From the NCBI GenBank assembly GCA_964541365.1, contig CAZIPJ010000001.1:1-57294 (forward strand): DNA of 57,294 nt, read 5' to 3'. This document shows positions 54,621-57,294 of the stretch, piece after piece. The translations under genes were made by a program, and so were the position numbers. The notes beneath the pieces were generated by a model, which had not been told where the DNA came from, ran no database searches, and was given only the letters and a program-made list of their open reading frames with translations. Numbering within the stretch: position 1 is the stretch's first letter; every line of letters begins with the position of its first letter. Source of the DNA: an uncultured Lachnospiraceae bacterium. GTDB lineage: Bacteria > Bacillota > Clostridia > Christensenellales > UBA1242.

Positions 54621-55976
54621 CTACTCTTGTTCAATCTGAACTTTATCATCAATATTGAAATAAGTTGTATATTCTCCAACCCATCTGAGCTTAACTTCAC
54701 CAGTACTTCCGCTTCTGTGTTTTGCAATCAAAAGGTAAACTGTTCCTGGTTCGTCTTCGGTGGTGACATCATTGTATTTTTCTGGATTGTACAAGAACAA
54801 CACGATATCGGCATCTTGTTCGATTGAGCCTGATTCTCTAAGGTCGGAAAGCACAGGTCTGTGGTCTTCACGAAGTTCAACCGCACGGGAAAGCTGCGAA
54901 AGCAAAATGATTGGAACATTCAATTCCCTTGCTGCGATTTTTAAAGTTCTTGTAAGGTCGCTGACTTCTTGTGTTCTTGATTCTCTTCCTCCCTTGCCCA
55001 TTGTCATAAGTTGAAGATAGTCAATCACAACCAAATCAAGTCCGTCAGTCATTTTAAGTTTTCTACATTTTGAGATAATATCAAATGGTGTAACCATTGA
55101 AGAGTCGTCAACATAAATTCCACTTTGTGCAAGTTTCTTCTCTGCTGTCCAAACTCTCTTCCACTCATCGCTGTCCATAGTCCCTTTAAGCACTTTGCCC
55201 AAGTTGACTTTTCCAACTGATGACAAAGCTCTTTGCATAAGTTGTTCTCTTGACATTTCAAGGTCAAAAATGGCAACTTTCTTTCCTTCATTGATTGCAG
55301 CATACTCTGCAATATTCATCGCAAAAGAAGTTTTTCCCACACCAGGACGAGCAGCAAGCAAAATCAAGTCGCTCTTTTGAAGTCCGTTTGTGATTGCATC
55401 AAAATCTTTATAGCCTGTTGCAATTCCACGCATCTTGCCTTTGTTTTCTGCAAGCTCTGACATTTGCTTCAAAACATTTGTAAGAGTTCCACCTGGTTTG
55501 CCGACGAGTTCAAGTTCTGACGATGTGTCTTTTTGTGACAAATCAAAAATCTTCTTCTCTGCAAATTGCATCGCCTGCTGACCATTTTCTGCGTCAAAAG
55601 AGTTTTTGATAATTTCCTGTGACTCTGAAATCAAGTGTCTTCTGACAGAACAGTTTTTCACAATGTCAAGATAATGCTCAAAGTTTGCAGCAGATGGAAC
55701 AACATTTGTAAGATAAGTGATGTAATCAATTCCACCAACAGCGTCAAGCTTCTTGTCTATTTCAAGTTGGCTGGTAAGAGTTACAAAGTCCACTGGAATA
55801 CTCTTTTCAAAAATTTTCAGCATACTTTCATAAATGTTTTTGTGTGACTCTGAATAAAAATCAGTTGCACCAATCTTACGCAAAATGTCATTTTGTGCTT
55901 CGTTATCCAGCAAAATACAACCAAGCAACGCTTGTTCTGCTTCCAAACTGTTTGGCAAAATTTTGTAATCAGCCAT
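54621..55976 (-). CDS. dnaB: Replicative DNA helicase DnaB
   Basis: PNSLEAEQALLGCILL, ARPGVGKTSFAMNIA (Walker A), VVIDYLQLM, SQLSR motifs. Confidence 0.96.
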   Translation of the reverse strand: MADYKILPNSLEAEQALLGCILLDNEAQNDILRKIGATDFYSESHKNIYESMLKIFEKSIPVDFVTLTSQLEIDKKLDAVGGIDYITYLTNVVPSAANFEHYLDIVKNCSVRRHLISESQEIIKNSFDAENGQQAMQFAEKKIFDLSQKDTSSELELVGKPGGTLTNVLKQMSELAENKGKMRGIATGYKDFDAITNGLQKSDLILLAARPGVGKTSFAMNIAEYAAINEGKKVAIFDLEMSREQLMQRALSSVGKVNLGKVLKGTMDSDEWKRVWTAEKKLAQSGIYVDDSSMVTPFDIISKCRKLKMTDGLDLVVIDYLQLMTMGKGGRESRTQEVSDLTRTLKIAARELNVPIILLSQLSRAVELREDHRPVLSDLRESGSIEQDADIVLFLYNPEKYNDVTTEDEPGTVYLLIAKHRSGSTGEVKLRWVGEYTTYFNIDDKVQIEQE

Positions 55977-55987
55977 ATGTTTCTCCT

Positions 55988-56239
55988 TTAATCAGAAAAT
56001 GGGTCTTTCTTTTTGTCCATTCTTTTTTGTTTTTTTTCATCCAGTTTCCCGCAAATATACAAAAACAAGAAAAACAAGATGAAAAGTATGATTACCAAAA
56101 CCATTATGTTAAGCCATTGTGGCACCTTGGCATAAGCCAAGCAAATTGCAATCACAAGCACAGGCAAAAAGACGATGAGAAGAAACAACCCCATTCGTTG
56201 GATTTTCTTTTTAAGTTGTTGTTTTTCAGAACTTCTCAC
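55988..56239 (-). CDS. Small membrane protein (83 aa, 2 TM), first gene of the dnaB operon
   Basis: GTG start 56239 after AGGAG SD; hydrophobic core LFLLIVFLPVLVIAICLAY...IMVLVIILFILFFLFLYI. Confidence 0.55.
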   Translation of the reverse strand: MRSSEKQQLKKKIQRMGLFLLIVFLPVLVIAICLAYAKVPQWLNIMVLVIILFILFFLFLYICGKLDEKKQKRMDKKKDPFSD

Positions 56240-56262
56240 ACTAACTCCTATTTAACAAAACA

Positions 56263-56291
56263 AGTATACCAGTAAATACTTGGTTTGTCAA
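56263..56291 (-). promoter_or_regulatory. Consensus-like promoter TTGACA-17-TATACT
   Basis: Minus strand TTGACA (56291-56286), 17 nt, TATACT (56268-56263), about 25 nt upstream of the GTG. Confidence 0.55.
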
Positions 56292-56335
56292 TTTATATTA
56301 TCGTTTCTTCTTCTTAAATTCTTTGTTTGAAAAAG

Positions 56336-56358
56336 TCAAAAAAAGAGCGTTTCGCCCT
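56336..56358 (-). terminator. Intrinsic terminator of typA
   Basis: Minus strand GGGCG-AAA-CGCTC followed by T7, right after the TAA. Confidence 0.55.
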
Positions 56359-56362
56359 TTTT

Positions 56363-57294
56363 TTAAATCTCTCCACGAAGAATTTTTCCCCTTTCTCTAA
56401 GTCTCATATTGTGGTCAAGAATAACTTTTCTGATTCTGATTGATTTTGGAGTAACTTCCAAAAGTTCATCATCTCCCAAGAATTCAATGCAATCTTCAAG
56501 ACTGAGATTTTTTGGTGGAGTCAATCTGAGTGCTTCATCAGAACCTGATGAACGGCAGTTTGAAAGGTGTTTTTCTTTGCAAACATTGACAACAATATCT
56601 CCACCTTTTGGATTGCTTCCAACAACCATTCCACCATAAACTGGAACGCTTGGTCCAATGAAAAGTTCTCCCCTTTCTTGTGCATTGAAAAGTCCGTACA
56701 CGATTGCTTTTCCATTTTCGTGAGCAACCAATGAGCCAGACTCTCTTCTGTTGATTTCACCCTTGTATGGTTGATATTCAAAGAAAATCGAATTGATGAC
56801 ACCTTCACCACGAGTGTCAGTCAAGTATTCTGACTTAAAGCCAAAAAGCCCACGAGAAGGAATCAAAAATTCCATCTTCATTCTGCTTCCTGATGGCGTC
56901 ATATTTTGAAGGTCACCCTTTCTGACACCCATCTTGCTCATAACTGTACCAACGCAGTCTTCTGGCACATCAAGGAAGAGCCTGTCGACTGGTTCGCACT
57001 TAACACCATCAATAGTCTTAATCAAAACTTTTGGCTGGCTGACTTGGAATTCATAGCCGTCTCTTCTCATATTTTCAATAAGAATAGACAAGTGCATTTC
57101 TCCACGACCCCTAACCTTAAACTTTTCAGCTGTATCACCATCTTCAACACGAAGTGACAAATCCTTAACCGCTTCTTTGTAAAGTCTGTCACGAAGATGT
57201 CTTGATGTCACAAACTTTCCTTCCTGCCCAGCAAAAGGACTGTCATTAACCATAAAGGTCATTTCAACGCTTGGTTCTGCAATCTTAACAAATT
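56363..57294 (-). CDS. typA: Translational GTPase TypA/BipA, C-terminal ~310 codons; the 5' end is beyond the right edge
   Basis: FMVNDSPFAGQEGKFVTSRHLRDRL...EPVDRLFLDVPE...GEINRRESGSLV match TypA. The frame stays open to the window end. Confidence 0.92.
   Translation of the reverse strand, partial: FVKIAEPSVEMTFMVNDSPFAGQEGKFVTSRHLRDRLYKEAVKDLSLRVEDGDTAEKFKVRGRGEMHLSILIENMRRDGYEFQVSQPKVLIKTIDGVKCEPVDRLFLDVPEDCVGTVMSKMGVRKGDLQNMTPSGSRMKMEFLIPSRGLFGFKSEYLTDTRGEGVINSIFFEYQPYKGEINRRESGSLVAHENGKAIVYGLFNAQERGELFIGPSVPVYGGMVVGSNPKGGDIVVNVCKEKHLSNCRSSGSDEALRLTPPKNLSLEDCIEFLGDDELLEVTPKSIRIRKVILDHNMRLRERGKILRGEI

Noticed and set aside
1-57294. Search for tRNA, rRNA, tmRNA, SRP RNA, transposase, integrase and phage genes
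   Set aside because: None recognised. The position upstream of dnaX where Firmicutes often carry the SRP RNA is occupied directly by tpiA (12-nt gap). No ORF shows DDE, tyrosine-recombinase or serine-recombinase motifs.

Overview
Low-GC, standard-code chromosomal segment that looks like Firmicutes (Clostridia). Most of it is a conserved minus-strand housekeeping backbone: rplA, rplK, nusG, secE, rpmG, argS, recR, ybaB, dnaX, tpiA, pgk, dus, hup, a MurJ/SpoVB-like flippase, rsmA, tatD, a YabB-like methyltransferase, ricT/yaaT, holB, a Ca-type P-ATPase, uppP, trpS, gltX, dnaB and typA. I saw no rRNA, tRNA, CRISPR array, transposase or integrase. Five things stand out. (1) One 18.3-kb ORF (31437-49718) encodes a 6093-aa tail-anchored surface protein. 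(2) At 22.5-25.4 kb three unrelated ORFs sit in tandem, each wrapped in the same promoter module and the same C-terminal-tail plus terminator module. The promoter module carries a C8/C9 tract in its -35/-10 spacer. (3) The short C-terminal peptide K-x-N/D-P-N/D-G-D/E-G-K is conserved through synonymous codon changes on signal-peptide-less proteins, and a related tail ends the tandem paralogs at 5.3-6.8 kb. (4) Three genes (dnaX, argS, the ankyrin cassette gene) are interrupted by a one-base deficit (-1 frame) in A-rich sequence; for dnaX the only possible shift site is an A9 tract at the gamma/tau boundary. (5) Promoter and terminator modules recur at dispersed sites. The uncharacterised accessory genes with these shared modules lie almost entirely on the plus strand, opposite the backbone.
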